From positions 1-37,484 of the IMG/VR virus record IMGVR_UViG_3300045988_013715: 37,484 nucleotides of DNA, one strand, 5' to 3'. The DNA comes from a virus. The position numbers were made by a program, and so were the translations under genes. The notes under the pieces are model-generated. The model did no database searches, was not told the DNA's origin, and saw only the letters and a program-made list of their open reading frames with translations. This document shows positions 16,867 to 25,928 of this stretch, piece after piece (position 1 is the stretch's first letter; the number at the start of each line of letters is the position of its first letter).

Positions 16867-19124
16867 ATGTATTTGACCTTTTTGCCAAACTCACCCTCGA
16901 TACGTCCGATTTCGACAAGCAAGTCACCGATGCGTCGAAATCGTTCGACAAGCTCGGCGGCGCTGCCGAGGACATCCCCGGCGACACCCAAAAGGCGGAA
17001 AAGGCCGTTGATAAGTTCACGAGATCCGTTGAAGAGGCCACTACCGAAACAAACCAGGCCGAGACCGCGTTAAACGACGCAGAACGCTCCCTGCGCGATG
17101 TTGGGAAAGAGGCCGACAAAGCGACCCCGCCAATCGAAGATGCCGCAGACGGCCTGAAAAATGTAGGAGAAACGAGCGGCGGAGCGGACGGCGCCCTGTC
17201 CGGCCTCGGAAAGACCATTACAGGCGCCGTAACAAAAGGCCATCTTCTCGCCGCTGCAATTGAGGTCTCGGTTTCCACGATCAAAAGCTTTGCGGAAGCC
17301 GTATGGAACATGGACGAATCCACGGAGGAGTTCCGCGTCTCCATGGGCAAGCTCGACACTGCGTTCGAGACAATGGGCTACTCCACCACCAGCGCGCGAA
17401 AAACGTTCCGCGAGTTCTACAAGCTCCTCGGCGATACCGGCACAGCGGTCGAGGCCTCGCAGCTCCTCGCCCGCCTGACCACCAGCACAAAGGAACAGGC
17501 GCGTTGGACGGAGATCGCCGCCGGTGTTTACGGCACGTTTGGCGATTCCCTCCCCATAGAGGGCCTCATTGAGGCTGCAAACGAAACCGCCAAGGTCGGG
17601 CAGGTCACGGGCGTTTTGGCCGACGCGCTCAACTGGGTCGGCATTTCCGAGGACGATTTTAACATCCGCCTCGCCTCCTGTGCCGATACGGCAGAGCGCA
17701 CCGCCCTCATTACCGACACCCTCGCCGCCGCGTATGACGACGCCGCCGCTGCCATGCATCGCAACAATTCCACCGTCATGAACGCCCGCGACGCGCAGCT
17801 TGAGCTTGAAGAGGCGCAGGCTGGTGTCGGCGAACAGATTTCGCGTTTGAAAACCGCGTTCAGCGGCATTTTGACCCCGTCCATCGCAAAAGTGCTCGGC
17901 TGGGTAGAAAAGCTCACAAGCGGCTTTGCCGACGTCGCCGAGAGCTGGGCCGAAACGGCGGACGAGTTTAGAAACCCCCTCCCTACAGAAAGCGTTGAGG
18001 ATGCAAGGGCGCAGCTTGAGGCGTGGAACGACGAGCTTGTCCGCCTGAAAACAGAGCTTGCTGGTGTTAGCGAGGCGACGGACGCGGACACGTTCTGGCG
18101 CCTATCGTATCAGGTCGACGACCTGACCGGGAAAATCAGCCGCGGCACGGAACAGCTTGCCGATATGGAAGCGGCGGACGCTTCCGCCGCAGAAACCGCG
18201 AACGTAACCGCCGCCGCCGTCGATAAGATGACGATCAGCGCTAACGGCTTTTCCGTCGAGCTCGCCAACAGCAACCTCACCATGGAGGAGGCCACCGAGC
18301 GCCTACAGACCTATACAGACGCGGCGACGAACATGTTCTCGCGCATCAACACGGAGAGCGAGCTATCGTATCAACAGATGCTCGATAATCTGCGCCACAA
18401 CATCGACGCGACAAACAATTTCGCCGACAACATGGCATCAATCGCCGGTGAGCTTCCGGCGGAGATTGCGGAGATGTTCTATGCCGGCGGTCCAGAAGTA
18501 TACGCCGGAATTGTTGCCACGCTCGCCGCGGCAAACGAAGGAGGAGAGGAAGGCCTCGCCGAAATGCGTGCGATGTGGCAAGAGGGCGGGGAAGCCGCGA
18601 AAGATGCGTTCCTGCAATCCGTCGGCGCGGTGGATGTGACGGAGAACCCCGGCACGAAAATGGCGGAAGCCATGGACAGCGATGTTTCCGCCGAGCAAGC
18701 CGGGCAGAACCTCGTGAACCGAACCGCCATTGCCGTCTCCGATCAGGTGAACGTCGCGAGCTTTTACGTTTCCGGTATCGCCGCGGTAGACCGATTCATC
18801 GCCGGACTGAGCAGCCGCTCCGAGGCGGCACGCAGAGCCGGAGAATCCATCTCCAACGCGGCGGCTACCGGCATGAGCAGCGGCGGTACAGGCGGTCATT
18901 CCTCCGCCGGTGGCCTGGATTATGTCCCGTATGACGGATATCCGGCGGTTTTACACCGCGGCGAATCTGTTCTGACAAAGGCCGAGGCGGAAGACTGGCG
19001 GCGCGGTACGCCCAACGCCGCGGGCATCACCATCGTGCAGAACATCCAGAGCGTCCCGCAGACGCCTGTGGAGCTTGCCGCGGCCACGGCTGCGTATTTT
19101 GAGACGGCGAGGTGGGCAATGTGA
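16863..19124 (+). CDS. Tape measure protein
   Basis: 753 aa, Ala/Glu-rich and helical, follows the G/GT chaperone. Confidence 0.85.
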   Translation: MNVFDLFAKLTLDTSDFDKQVTDASKSFDKLGGAAEDIPGDTQKAEKAVDKFTRSVEEATTETNQAETALNDAERSLRDVGKEADKATPPIEDAADGLKNVGETSGGADGALSGLGKTITGAVTKGHLLAAAIEVSVSTIKSFAEAVWNMDESTEEFRVSMGKLDTAFETMGYSTTSARKTFREFYKLLGDTGTAVEASQLLARLTTSTKEQARWTEIAAGVYGTFGDSLPIEGLIEAANETAKVGQVTGVLADALNWVGISEDDFNIRLASCADTAERTALITDTLAAAYDDAAAAMHRNNSTVMNARDAQLELEEAQAGVGEQISRLKTAFSGILTPSIAKVLGWVEKLTSGFADVAESWAETADEFRNPLPTESVEDARAQLEAWNDELVRLKTELAGVSEATDADTFWRLSYQVDDLTGKISRGTEQLADMEAADASAAETANVTAAAVDKMTISANGFSVELANSNLTMEEATERLQTYTDAATNMFSRINTESELSYQQMLDNLRHNIDATNNFADNMASIAGELPAEIAEMFYAGGPEVYAGIVATLAAANEGGEEGLAEMRAMWQEGGEAAKDAFLQSVGAVDVTENPGTKMAEAMDSDVSAEQAGQNLVNRTAIAVSDQVNVASFYVSGIAAVDRFIAGLSSRSEAARRAGESISNAAATGMSSGGTGGHSSAGGLDYVPYDGYPAVLHRGESVLTKAEAEDWRRGTPNAAGITIVQNIQSVPQTPVELAAATAAYFETARWAM

Positions 19125-19969
19125 GCAATCTTTCCAAAACCTTCCGCTACGTCAATTCGGACGGCGGCGAGATCGTCTTTGAGTATGCAAGCGGGTTTCT
19201 CATCAACAAGCCCGCGGGCATTGATACCGTCGTCTGCAAGCTCAACGAAGCGCAGGGCATCGACCAGACCGGAACAACCGTACAGAGCGTTAACGTGCAG
19301 TCCCGCCCCGTGACGATCAGCGGCATTCTCGTCGGAGAATTTCAGGCGGAGAACAAGGACGCGCTCCTCTCCGTCGTGCGCCCTGACCTCTACGGTCGGC
19401 TCTACGCCGATGACTACTACCTCGAAGTACGCCCAACGGCCACCCCGACCATCGAGGCGCGCCCGGTGTTCGCTGCGTTTCAGTTCTCGCTGACCGCGCC
19501 GTATCCCTATTGGCAGCAGGACGCATCCGCCGCCGCCACGCTCTCCGGCGTGGAATACGGCTTCAAATTCCCGTGGAATCAGTCCCGCCCGTACCGCTTC
19601 GGAACGGTCGTCCGGACACAGTTCATCAACGTCAAAAACGGCGGACAGGTGCCCGTCCCGTATACCCTAACGTTCACCGCGCTCAACGAGGTCGTCAATC
19701 CGCAGATCCTCGACGCGGCAACCGGGAAATTCATCCGTGTCAACAAAACGCTCGCCGCCGGGGAACGTGTCGTGATCGAGATCACGCACGACCGGACGTA
19801 TGTTACCTCCAGCGTGGACGGCGAGTGCCGCGGCGCGCTTGAGTTAACGTCCAGCCTCTACCGGCTTTCCGTCGGGGACAATGTTTTGAAGCCGACCGCG
19901 GACAGCGGCCTTGACAGCCTGCAGGTCGCCGTTGACTTTGCGCAGGAGATCGTGGGGATAAGCGTATGA
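19121..19969 (+). CDS. Distal tail protein (Dit-like)
   Basis: Follows the tape measure gene, about 280 aa, beta-rich. GTG 8 nt after GAGG, with an alternative GTG at 19112. Confidence 0.7.
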   Translation: MSNLSKTFRYVNSDGGEIVFEYASGFLINKPAGIDTVVCKLNEAQGIDQTGTTVQSVNVQSRPVTISGILVGEFQAENKDALLSVVRPDLYGRLYADDYYLEVRPTATPTIEARPVFAAFQFSLTAPYPYWQQDASAAATLSGVEYGFKFPWNQSRPYRFGTVVRTQFINVKNGGQVPVPYTLTFTALNEVVNPQILDAATGKFIRVNKTLAAGERVVIEITHDRTYVTSSVDGECRGALELTSSLYRLSVGDNVLKPTADSGLDSLQVAVDFAQEIVGISV

Positions 19970-21015
19970 GTTTTGAAATCTATCCCCCCGATTTCTCCAC
20001 ACGATACCAGTTAACACACGCAATTTCCGTCCAGATAACCGAGCACTACAACGCGATCGGAAAAATACAGGTCGTTGCCCCCGTGGACGATTACAACATC
20101 GCCGCCCTCCGTGAGGGGTCGGTATTGTACAACACCACCAGAGGCACGACCTACGTTTTGGTCAACGTCAAGCATGACACGGTGCAGAACCGCATCACCG
20201 CCAATGGCTACACATCCGACTGGCTCTTAAACAAGCGCGTTGTTGCGGCAAAAACGGCCATCACGACCATCGAGACGGGCGTATATGGCCTCATCAACGA
20301 CAACCTCCGCGGCCTGACACGCATCCATACGGCAACGCCAACCGGCATGACCGAGCAGTTCCAGCCGGAGGACGACGAGGACAACACCGTTTATGGCGGG
20401 CAGCTCCTCGATAAGATCATGGACGTTCTCGACACCGCCGAGCTCGGCCACCGGATGGACTGGGACGGGAATACCCTAACGCACACCTTCCGCGTCATCA
20501 AAGGCACCGACCGCACGACCGGCATTCACCGCGTTGCGTTTGTTGAAGAGCAGGGGACGTGTAGCGACCTCGTCATCAGCAAAGACGTGAGCACGTTTAA
20601 AAATGTCGCTTATGTGAAATACAAGCTGACCGACGAAACCGAGCCGGTCGCTGTCGTTGGCAGCGCCTCCGGCGACGACCGCTTCGAGCGTTGGTTCGAC
20701 AGCTCGATCTCACAGGAATCGGACGGCACCGCCGACGACGCTGCCAAGTCTGCAAAGTCCTTCGGCAATATGGAGCTTGGAAAGTATATCAAGCGATCCA
20801 GCTTCGACGTTGTCATCGCCCCGTCCGAGCTCGGCATCCGCTATGACCTCGGCGACGTCGTGTTGTGCATTTCCGTCCGTTTCGGCGTGTCATTTGCTGC
20901 GCGAATCACAGGTCTGAAATACACCCTCGACCGCACCGGCGAGAAAACGCAGATCATCCTCGGCGACCCCATCCTTGACGCACTAAGTGAGGAGAAACTA
21001 AATGGCAAATATTAA
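19966..21015 (+). CDS. Tail-associated/baseplate protein (Sipho_Gp37/Tal-like)
   Basis: ATGA coupling to Dit, 349 aa, in the canonical Tal position. Confidence 0.6.
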   Translation: MSFEIYPPDFSTRYQLTHAISVQITEHYNAIGKIQVVAPVDDYNIAALREGSVLYNTTRGTTYVLVNVKHDTVQNRITANGYTSDWLLNKRVVAAKTAITTIETGVYGLINDNLRGLTRIHTATPTGMTEQFQPEDDEDNTVYGGQLLDKIMDVLDTAELGHRMDWDGNTLTHTFRVIKGTDRTTGIHRVAFVEEQGTCSDLVISKDVSTFKNVAYVKYKLTDETEPVAVVGSASGDDRFERWFDSSISQESDGTADDAAKSAKSFGNMELGKYIKRSSFDVVIAPSELGIRYDLGDVVLCISVRFGVSFAARITGLKYTLDRTGEKTQIILGDPILDALSEEKLNGKY

Positions 21016-21799
21016 ATCTTTCCCGAACAACCGCGACGAATACGTCGGCGCGGAATACGCCATGCGCTGGCTGCATGGCCGCACCTCCGGCGTGTTCGCC
21101 GCGAATAACAACGCCGCCGTCGCCGCCGTGCAGAACGCCATGGCGGTCACGGTGTCAGACGGTGTCGGCTGGATCGCCAATTCAGAAGCAAACGGCGTTG
21201 TCTGGTGGAACGACGCCGAAAAAACCAACGGCGCAAAAATGCAGCTCACCGTTGACGCGGCGGACGGCGTTCTAAACCGCATCGACCGCGTAATCGTTGA
21301 ATGGAAAACCACCGATTACGCCGACCTTCCGGAAATTAAAATTCTCAAAGGCATACCGGCGAGCGCGGCGGCTGCTCCTGCTCTAACAAACAACACCACG
21401 CAGCGGCAGTTGAGCCTAGCGCAGATCCTCGTCGCCGCCGGTACGACATCTATCACCGCCTCTATGATTACGGACGAGCGGCAAAACCCGGAAGTCTGCG
21501 GCCTTGTAACCGACACGTTGAGCATCGACACAAGCGTCATCAACGCGCAGTTTACCGAGCTCCTCGATCAGCTCCGCGCCGCCATCGAACAGGCGGGAAG
21601 CGGCGCTTTGCCTGACGGAACTGTAACAACGCCAAAGCTTGCCCCGAAATCAGTTACTGCCGAAAAACTTGCAGACGATATCCCGTACACCAAGTTCGGC
21701 CTTTCCGCCGATCAGGTACGGCACATCTACGCCGGAACGACGGAGCCGGACGCCGGTCTCGGCGTGGACGGGGATATCTATATCATGTACGCGAATTGA
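21002..21799 (+). CDS. Putative tail fibre / receptor-binding protein
   Basis: Position after the Tal-like gene. LNRIDRVIVEWK and a C-terminal GVDGDIYIMY. Confidence 0.55.
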   Translation: MANIKSFPNNRDEYVGAEYAMRWLHGRTSGVFAANNNAAVAAVQNAMAVTVSDGVGWIANSEANGVVWWNDAEKTNGAKMQLTVDAADGVLNRIDRVIVEWKTTDYADLPEIKILKGIPASAAAAPALTNNTTQRQLSLAQILVAAGTTSITASMITDERQNPEVCGLVTDTLSIDTSVINAQFTELLDQLRAAIEQAGSGALPDGTVTTPKLAPKSVTAEKLADDIPYTKFGLSADQVRHIYAGTTEPDAGLGVDGDIYIMYAN

Positions 21800-21809
21800 G
21801 GTGAGCTGA

Positions 21810-22316
21810 ATGGCATGGTCACAGACAGCGCCGGAGCTTCCAAGCGGCAGCGCTTGGGAGCAGGAAAAGAGCATTTCGGGATGGTCAAACCACTGGAACT
21901 TTACCGGAAAGCTCTATATCGCCCGTTTGAATGGCAGGCAGTTTGCTGTTAAAGCAGTGCTTACGAGCGCAAACGGCAGCTACGGCACGTATTACCCGCC
22001 GAGCAAATGGAAACTCCGGTGCGATATCGGAGACGTGACCGGAACAGAGGATACGTCCTTCGACGTCTCCAAGGGGACGACCACATTCTACTTTATCGGC
22101 GAAGCCGGAGAGGGCGTAAATATCACCGTCAAGGTCGGCGGCGTAGACGCCGCGGTCGCTGTCCAAACCGCGACCTTTACCGCGCCGGCGTTGTTCGGCG
22201 CTACTGTTTACGTGAAAATTGGCGGCGGATGGAAGCCCGCGCAAGTCAAGGTCAAGATCGGCGGCGTCTGGAAGGACGCCGTGGCAAAAATCAAGGTCGG
22301 AGGGACATGGAAATGA
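21810..22316 (+). CDS. Tail-fibre-associated protein with C-terminal KIGGxWK repeats
   Basis: VKIGGGWKPAQVKVKIGGVWKDAVAKIKVGGTWK at the C-terminus. Confidence 0.55.
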   Translation: MAWSQTAPELPSGSAWEQEKSISGWSNHWNFTGKLYIARLNGRQFAVKAVLTSANGSYGTYYPPSKWKLRCDIGDVTGTEDTSFDVSKGTTTFYFIGEAGEGVNITVKVGGVDAAVAVQTATFTAPALFGATVYVKIGGGWKPAQVKVKIGGVWKDAVAKIKVGGTWK

Positions 22317-23065
22317 ACGGTATTGACGTTTCCGAGCATCAGGGCGATTTCGATTTCACGCCGTACAAGGATGGCTTTGTCATCATCCGCGGGGGCTACG
22401 GCGTACGAACCGTTGACCTGTGGGCAGAACGCAACATTGCCAAATGCGACGCGCTGGGCATTCCGTGGGGCGTCTACTGGTACAGCTATGCGCTGAATGT
22501 GCAGACGGCTAAATTGGAGGCGGAGCGGTGTCTGCGCTTCCTCAATGGCCGGAAGCCCCGTCTCGGCGTGTGGTTCGACATGGAGGATGCCGACGGGTAC
22601 AAGGCAAAGAACGGCTTCCCGGAGAATGAGACGATCACCGCCATGTGCAAGGTGTTCTGCGCGGCTATGGAAGATGCGGGGAACAGAACCGGCGTGTACG
22701 CCAGCCTGAGCTGGTTTGATACGCACATCGGCGAGACAGGGTACGACCGCTGGATCGCCGCGTGGGGCGCGAACGACGGCGTGCATTATCCCGACCTTTC
22801 CGGAAAATGCGTCATGCAGCAGTACCGGGGCAGCCCGCTGGATCTGGATATTTTGTATGTGCCGCTTTCGCATTTTGACGATGGCGCGGCGGGCGGAGCA
22901 GAGCCCCGCCCCTACGAAAAGGACGGGGAATGCGTAAGCGTCTCGGCGATGGCGCAGGAGGTGCTCGACGGAAAGTGGGGCAACGGCGAGGAGCGAAAGC
23001 AGAAGCTCGGCGCGTGGTTTTACGATCTCGTGCAGGGCGAAGTAAACAGAATCATGGGGGCTTGA
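22313..23065 (+). CDS. Endolysin: GH25 muramidase + CW_7 (Cpl-7-type) cell-wall-binding repeat
   Basis: MNGIDVSEHQGDFDF...IIRGGYG...GVYWYSY (GH25), and a C-terminal VLDGKWGNGEERKQKLGAWFYDLVQGEVNRI (CW_7 motif). The upstream part of the track ORF is read-through. Confidence 0.85.
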   Translation: MNGIDVSEHQGDFDFTPYKDGFVIIRGGYGVRTVDLWAERNIAKCDALGIPWGVYWYSYALNVQTAKLEAERCLRFLNGRKPRLGVWFDMEDADGYKAKNGFPENETITAMCKVFCAAMEDAGNRTGVYASLSWFDTHIGETGYDRWIAAWGANDGVHYPDLSGKCVMQQYRGSPLDLDILYVPLSHFDDGAAGGAEPRPYEKDGECVSVSAMAQEVLDGKWGNGEERKQKLGAWFYDLVQGEVNRIMGA

Positions 23066-23066
23066 C

Positions 23067-23339
23067 ATGACAGAAATGGAAATGGTGCGCACACTCGCTG
23101 AACTCATTGCACTCGGAACCGCCATTGTTGTGCCGATTTTGAAACTCAACGCGAACATCGTCAAACTTACTGATGCTGTAAACGGGCAGAAAGAGGCAAA
23201 CGGCAAACTGGAGGAATCCAACACGGAAGAGCATAAGCAGCTTCACGAACGAATCAATCACCGTAAAAGAGAAAACGAGGAGCTGGACGACCGCGTGACC
23301 GACCACGAGAACCGTATCAGCATTCTCGAACACAAATAA
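23067..23339 (+). CDS. BhlA/UviB-like holin-type protein (N-terminal TM + coiled coil)
   Basis: LAELIALGTAIVVPILKL TM helix followed by a charged coiled coil. Adjacent to the endolysin. Confidence 0.5.
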   Translation: MTEMEMVRTLAELIALGTAIVVPILKLNANIVKLTDAVNGQKEANGKLEESNTEEHKQLHERINHRKRENEELDDRVTDHENRISILEHK

Positions 23340-23356
23340 TTTTAGGAGGAAAGACC

Positions 23357-23677
23357 ATGAACGAGATCATCACTACCTACGGCATGGAAATCATCAAGTA
23401 CATCATCCTCGCCATCTGCGGCATTGCCGCGTCCTACGCCGCGAAGCTGTACGAAAAGTACGTCAACACCGATACCAAGCGCAAGGTAGCGGCAACTACC
23501 GTTGCGTACATTGAACAGGTGTATAAGGATATCCACGGCGACGAGAAACTGTCCCGCGCCATGGCTGTCGCTGCCTCCATGCTCGAACAGAAGGGCATCA
23601 AAACCACGGAGGACGAGCTTAAGGTGCTTCTCGAAGCCGCCGTTAAGGAAATGAACGATAAGTTCAAAGCCGCCTGA
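23357..23677 (+). CDS. Holin, LL-H family-like
   Basis: N-terminal TM helix IIKYIILAICGIAASYAA, then VAYIEQVYKDIHGDEKL...LLEAAVKEMN, typical of LL-H type holins. Confidence 0.7.
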   Translation: MNEIITTYGMEIIKYIILAICGIAASYAAKLYEKYVNTDTKRKVAATTVAYIEQVYKDIHGDEKLSRAMAVAASMLEQKGIKTTEDELKVLLEAAVKEMNDKFKAA

Positions 23678-23814
23678 CGGCAACAAAAACTTTGTAAACC
23701 GACACTACGGAAAGATGAAAGAATCCGTAAAAACGTTCTGCCGCATCAATGGCGTCGAGGCGTCTGAAAGCCTCGCAGAGACACTTTTTGAAGCATACAT
23801 GGAGAGTGTAGCCA

Positions 23815-24078
23815 ATGACGACAGAGAGCCTCCTACGGAGTTTAACAACGCCGGGGACAAAGATTAAGCTGCAATTCCCGCGCGAGCTACGCGAACAGTT
23901 TGAGCGGGACTGCGGCTTTACCGACGAAGAATTAAAAATCTTCCGCCTGCGGGCAAAGGGCATGAGCGTTTTGCAAATCTCCTTTGCTATGCAGACGGAC
24001 ACGGAACTGTACGGCACAGAGAAAGTCGAGCGCCGTATACGGGCGATCAAGGACAAGATCGCCGCTGCAATCGAATGA
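23815..24078 (+). CDS. Small sigma region-4/LuxR-type HTH regulator
   Basis: FTDEELKIFRLRAKGMSVLQISFAMQ...EKVERRIRAIKDKI. Confidence 0.6.
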   Translation: MTTESLLRSLTTPGTKIKLQFPRELREQFERDCGFTDEELKIFRLRAKGMSVLQISFAMQTDTELYGTEKVERRIRAIKDKIAAAIE

Positions 24079-24097
24079 TGGATTATTGATGGATTAT
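24076..24097 (+). repeat. Perfect 11-nt direct repeat TGATGGATTAT x2 overlapping the stop codon
   Basis: tgatggattat tgatggattat tga, read directly from the sequence. Confidence 0.9.
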
Positions 24098-24098
24098 T

Positions 24099-24131
24099 GA
24101 GGGCTAACCGATGGGTTAGCCCTCTTTTTTT
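24099..24131 (+). terminator. Strong rho-independent terminator (end of late/lysis transcription)
   Basis: Perfect 11-bp stem gagggctaacc / ggttagccctc, 4-nt loop, T7 run. Confidence 0.85.
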
Positions 24132-24163
24132 GTGCGAAAATTTTGGTAGTGGGAGGCGACCGC

Positions 24164-24532
24164 ATGAAATATTTCAACCCGAATCCGGCAGGCAAGGCCG
24201 TGGGCGATTGCGTGATCCGCGCGATTGCTAAGGCGACCGGCGACAGCTGGGGCAAGGTGTATATGGACTTGGCGGCGACTGGACACGAGCTGTCCGATAT
24301 GCCGTCATCTAATGCGGTCTGGGGCGCGTATCTCCGCCGTCGTGGATTTGCGCGCTCCGCTCTCCCGGATTACGACGGCTATACCGTCCGGCAGTTTGCC
24401 GCCGAACACCCCCGAGGCGCATACATTCTCGCCTTGAGCGGCCACGTCGTGGCGGTCGTGGACGGAGAGTATTTTGACGCCTGGGATTCCGGCAACGAAA
24501 CACCAATCTACGTTTGGGAGGAAAAACGATGA
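24164..24532 (+). CDS. Hypothetical protein with a papain-like Cys-His-Asp arrangement
   Basis: ATG after GGGAGG. Contains GDCVIRAIAKA ... LSGHVVAVV ... FDAWDSG. Confidence 0.6.
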   Translation: MKYFNPNPAGKAVGDCVIRAIAKATGDSWGKVYMDLAATGHELSDMPSSNAVWGAYLRRRGFARSALPDYDGYTVRQFAAEHPRGAYILALSGHVVAVVDGEYFDAWDSGNETPIYVWEEKR

Positions 24533-24915
24533 ACTATCCGCCGTATTACCAGCCGAGCTACCAACAGCCATACGCCCCGCCGATGATGGATCAGCTCGCG
24601 CAGCTCCGTGCGCAGCAGCCCGCCCCGAACCCGATGATCTGGGTGCAGGGCGAAGCCGCCGCCAAGTCCTACCTTGTCGCGGCTGGGAACACCGTCCCGC
24701 TGTGGGACAGTGAGAACATGTGCATCTATGTCAAGTCCGTTGACGCTTCGGGCGTTCCATCCATGCGCATCCTCGACTACACCGAGCGAGCCAAAGCCGC
24801 GCCGACACAGACACCAACACCGGAGTATGTCACCCGCGCGGAATTTGAAGCGTTCGCGGCGCAGTTCGCGCCGAAGAAAACCGCAAAGAAAGCAGAGGTG
24901 CCCGAAAATGAGTAA
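24529..24915 (+). CDS. Hypothetical protein with a Tyr/Pro/Gln-rich N-terminus
   Basis: MNYPPYYQPSYQQPYAPP, then MIWVQGEAAAKSYLVAAGNTVPLWDSENMCIYVKSVDASGVP. ATGA coupling. Confidence 0.6.
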   Translation: MNYPPYYQPSYQQPYAPPMMDQLAQLRAQQPAPNPMIWVQGEAAAKSYLVAAGNTVPLWDSENMCIYVKSVDASGVPSMRILDYTERAKAAPTQTPTPEYVTRAEFEAFAAQFAPKKTAKKAEVPENE

Positions 24916-25114
24916 CCCCCTGTTTCAGGCGCTCGGCGGCGGGCAGAACAACCAGTTCGCCCAGCTTGTCCAGCAGTTCCAGCAATTCCGAAACACCTTT
25001 CGCGGCGATCCGCAGCAGGAGGTGCAGAAGCTGTTGCAAAGCGGCAAAATCTCGCAGCAGCAGCTAAACCAATTGCAAAGCGCCGCGCAGCAATTCCAGG
25101 CGCTCTTACGTTGA
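24908..25114 (+). CDS. Small Gln-rich helical hypothetical protein
   Basis: QFAQLVQQFQQFRNTFRGDPQQEVQKLLQSGKISQQQLNQLQSAAQQFQ. Confidence 0.55.
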   Translation: MSNPLFQALGGGQNNQFAQLVQQFQQFRNTFRGDPQQEVQKLLQSGKISQQQLNQLQSAAQQFQALLR

Positions 25115-25161
25115 ATTTATCCGGCCGGATAAAAAATATTTTTTGAAAGGAAAATTGAACA

Positions 25162-25866
25162 ATGTCTCTTACCGACGGTGGTATCCAGCCCACCATGCCC
25201 GTAACTCCTACCGGCGTGAATAACGGCGGCTGGGGCGGCTTCGGCGGCGACGGATGGTGGATCATCCTCTTCTTCATTGTCCTCTTCGGCTGGGGCGGCA
25301 ACGGCTTCGGCGGTAGTCGTGGCGGTGTGACCGATGGTTACATCCTCGCCTCCGACTTTGCCAACATCGAGCGCAAGCTCGACGGCGTGAACAACGGCCT
25401 CTGCGATGGTTTCTTCGCGCAGGCGCAGCTCATCAACGGCGTGCAGCAGAACCTGAGCAACGGCTTTATGTCCGCCGAACTCTCCCGCGCGAACCAGCAG
25501 TCTGCCCTCATGGCGCAGCTCTTCCAGATGCAGATGCAGTCGCAGGAGTGCTGCTGCGAGAATCGCGCCGCCGTTGCGCAGGTGCGCTATGACATGGCAA
25601 CGCAGGGCTGCGAAACCCGCAACACCGTGCAGAACGCCGCGCGCGACATCATCGACAACGCCAACGGAAACAGCAAGGCCATCCTCGACTTCCTCGTGCA
25701 GAGCAAGATGCGCGATCTCGAAAGCGAGAACCAGTCCCTCAAGCTCGCGGCCTCCCAGGCGGCGCAGAACAACTACCTCGTCTCTGCCCTCCGTCCGTCG
25801 CCCATCCCGGCGTATCAGGTCGCAAATCCATATTGCTGCAGCTACGGCTGCGGTTGTAGCGCCTAA
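25162..25866 (+). CDS. Membrane protein with a Gly/Trp-rich N-terminus, a CCCENR motif and a Cys-rich C-terminus
   Basis: GGWGGFGGDGWWIILFFIVLFGWGGNGFGG, QECCCENRAAVAQVRYDMATQGCETR, and a C-terminal NPYCCSYGCGCSA. Confidence 0.65.
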   Translation: MSLTDGGIQPTMPVTPTGVNNGGWGGFGGDGWWIILFFIVLFGWGGNGFGGSRGGVTDGYILASDFANIERKLDGVNNGLCDGFFAQAQLINGVQQNLSNGFMSAELSRANQQSALMAQLFQMQMQSQECCCENRAAVAQVRYDMATQGCETRNTVQNAARDIIDNANGNSKAILDFLVQSKMRDLESENQSLKLAASQAAQNNYLVSALRPSPIPAYQVANPYCCSYGCGCSA

Positions 25867-25928
25867 ACTTAATACCGAGAGCTTGCCCCCAGCGGCATGG
25901 TCGGCATAATGCCGACGCTTAACACACG

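Noticed and set aside
16661-16876. Track ORF in the gap between the chaperone and the tape measure gene, as a candidate gpT
   Set aside because: Its translation is Ser/Arg-rich and implausible. The frame that is -1 relative to gpG (16567..16866) gives a sensible protein and connects to the slippery heptamer.
22208-23224. 338-aa minus-strand ORF, and the long 5' extension of track ORF 22007..23065
   Set aside because: The minus ORF is antisense to the GH25 endolysin, whose motifs are unambiguous. The upstream 100 codons of 22007..23065 are Arg-rich read-through overlapping the 21810..22316 gene. The real start is ATG 22313.
23715-23867. 50-codon ORF in the gap after the LL-H holin
   Set aside because: It has only a weak RBS (GGAAAG), overlaps the HTH regulator start by 53 nt, and shows no motifs. 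It may be real, but the sequence alone does not support it.
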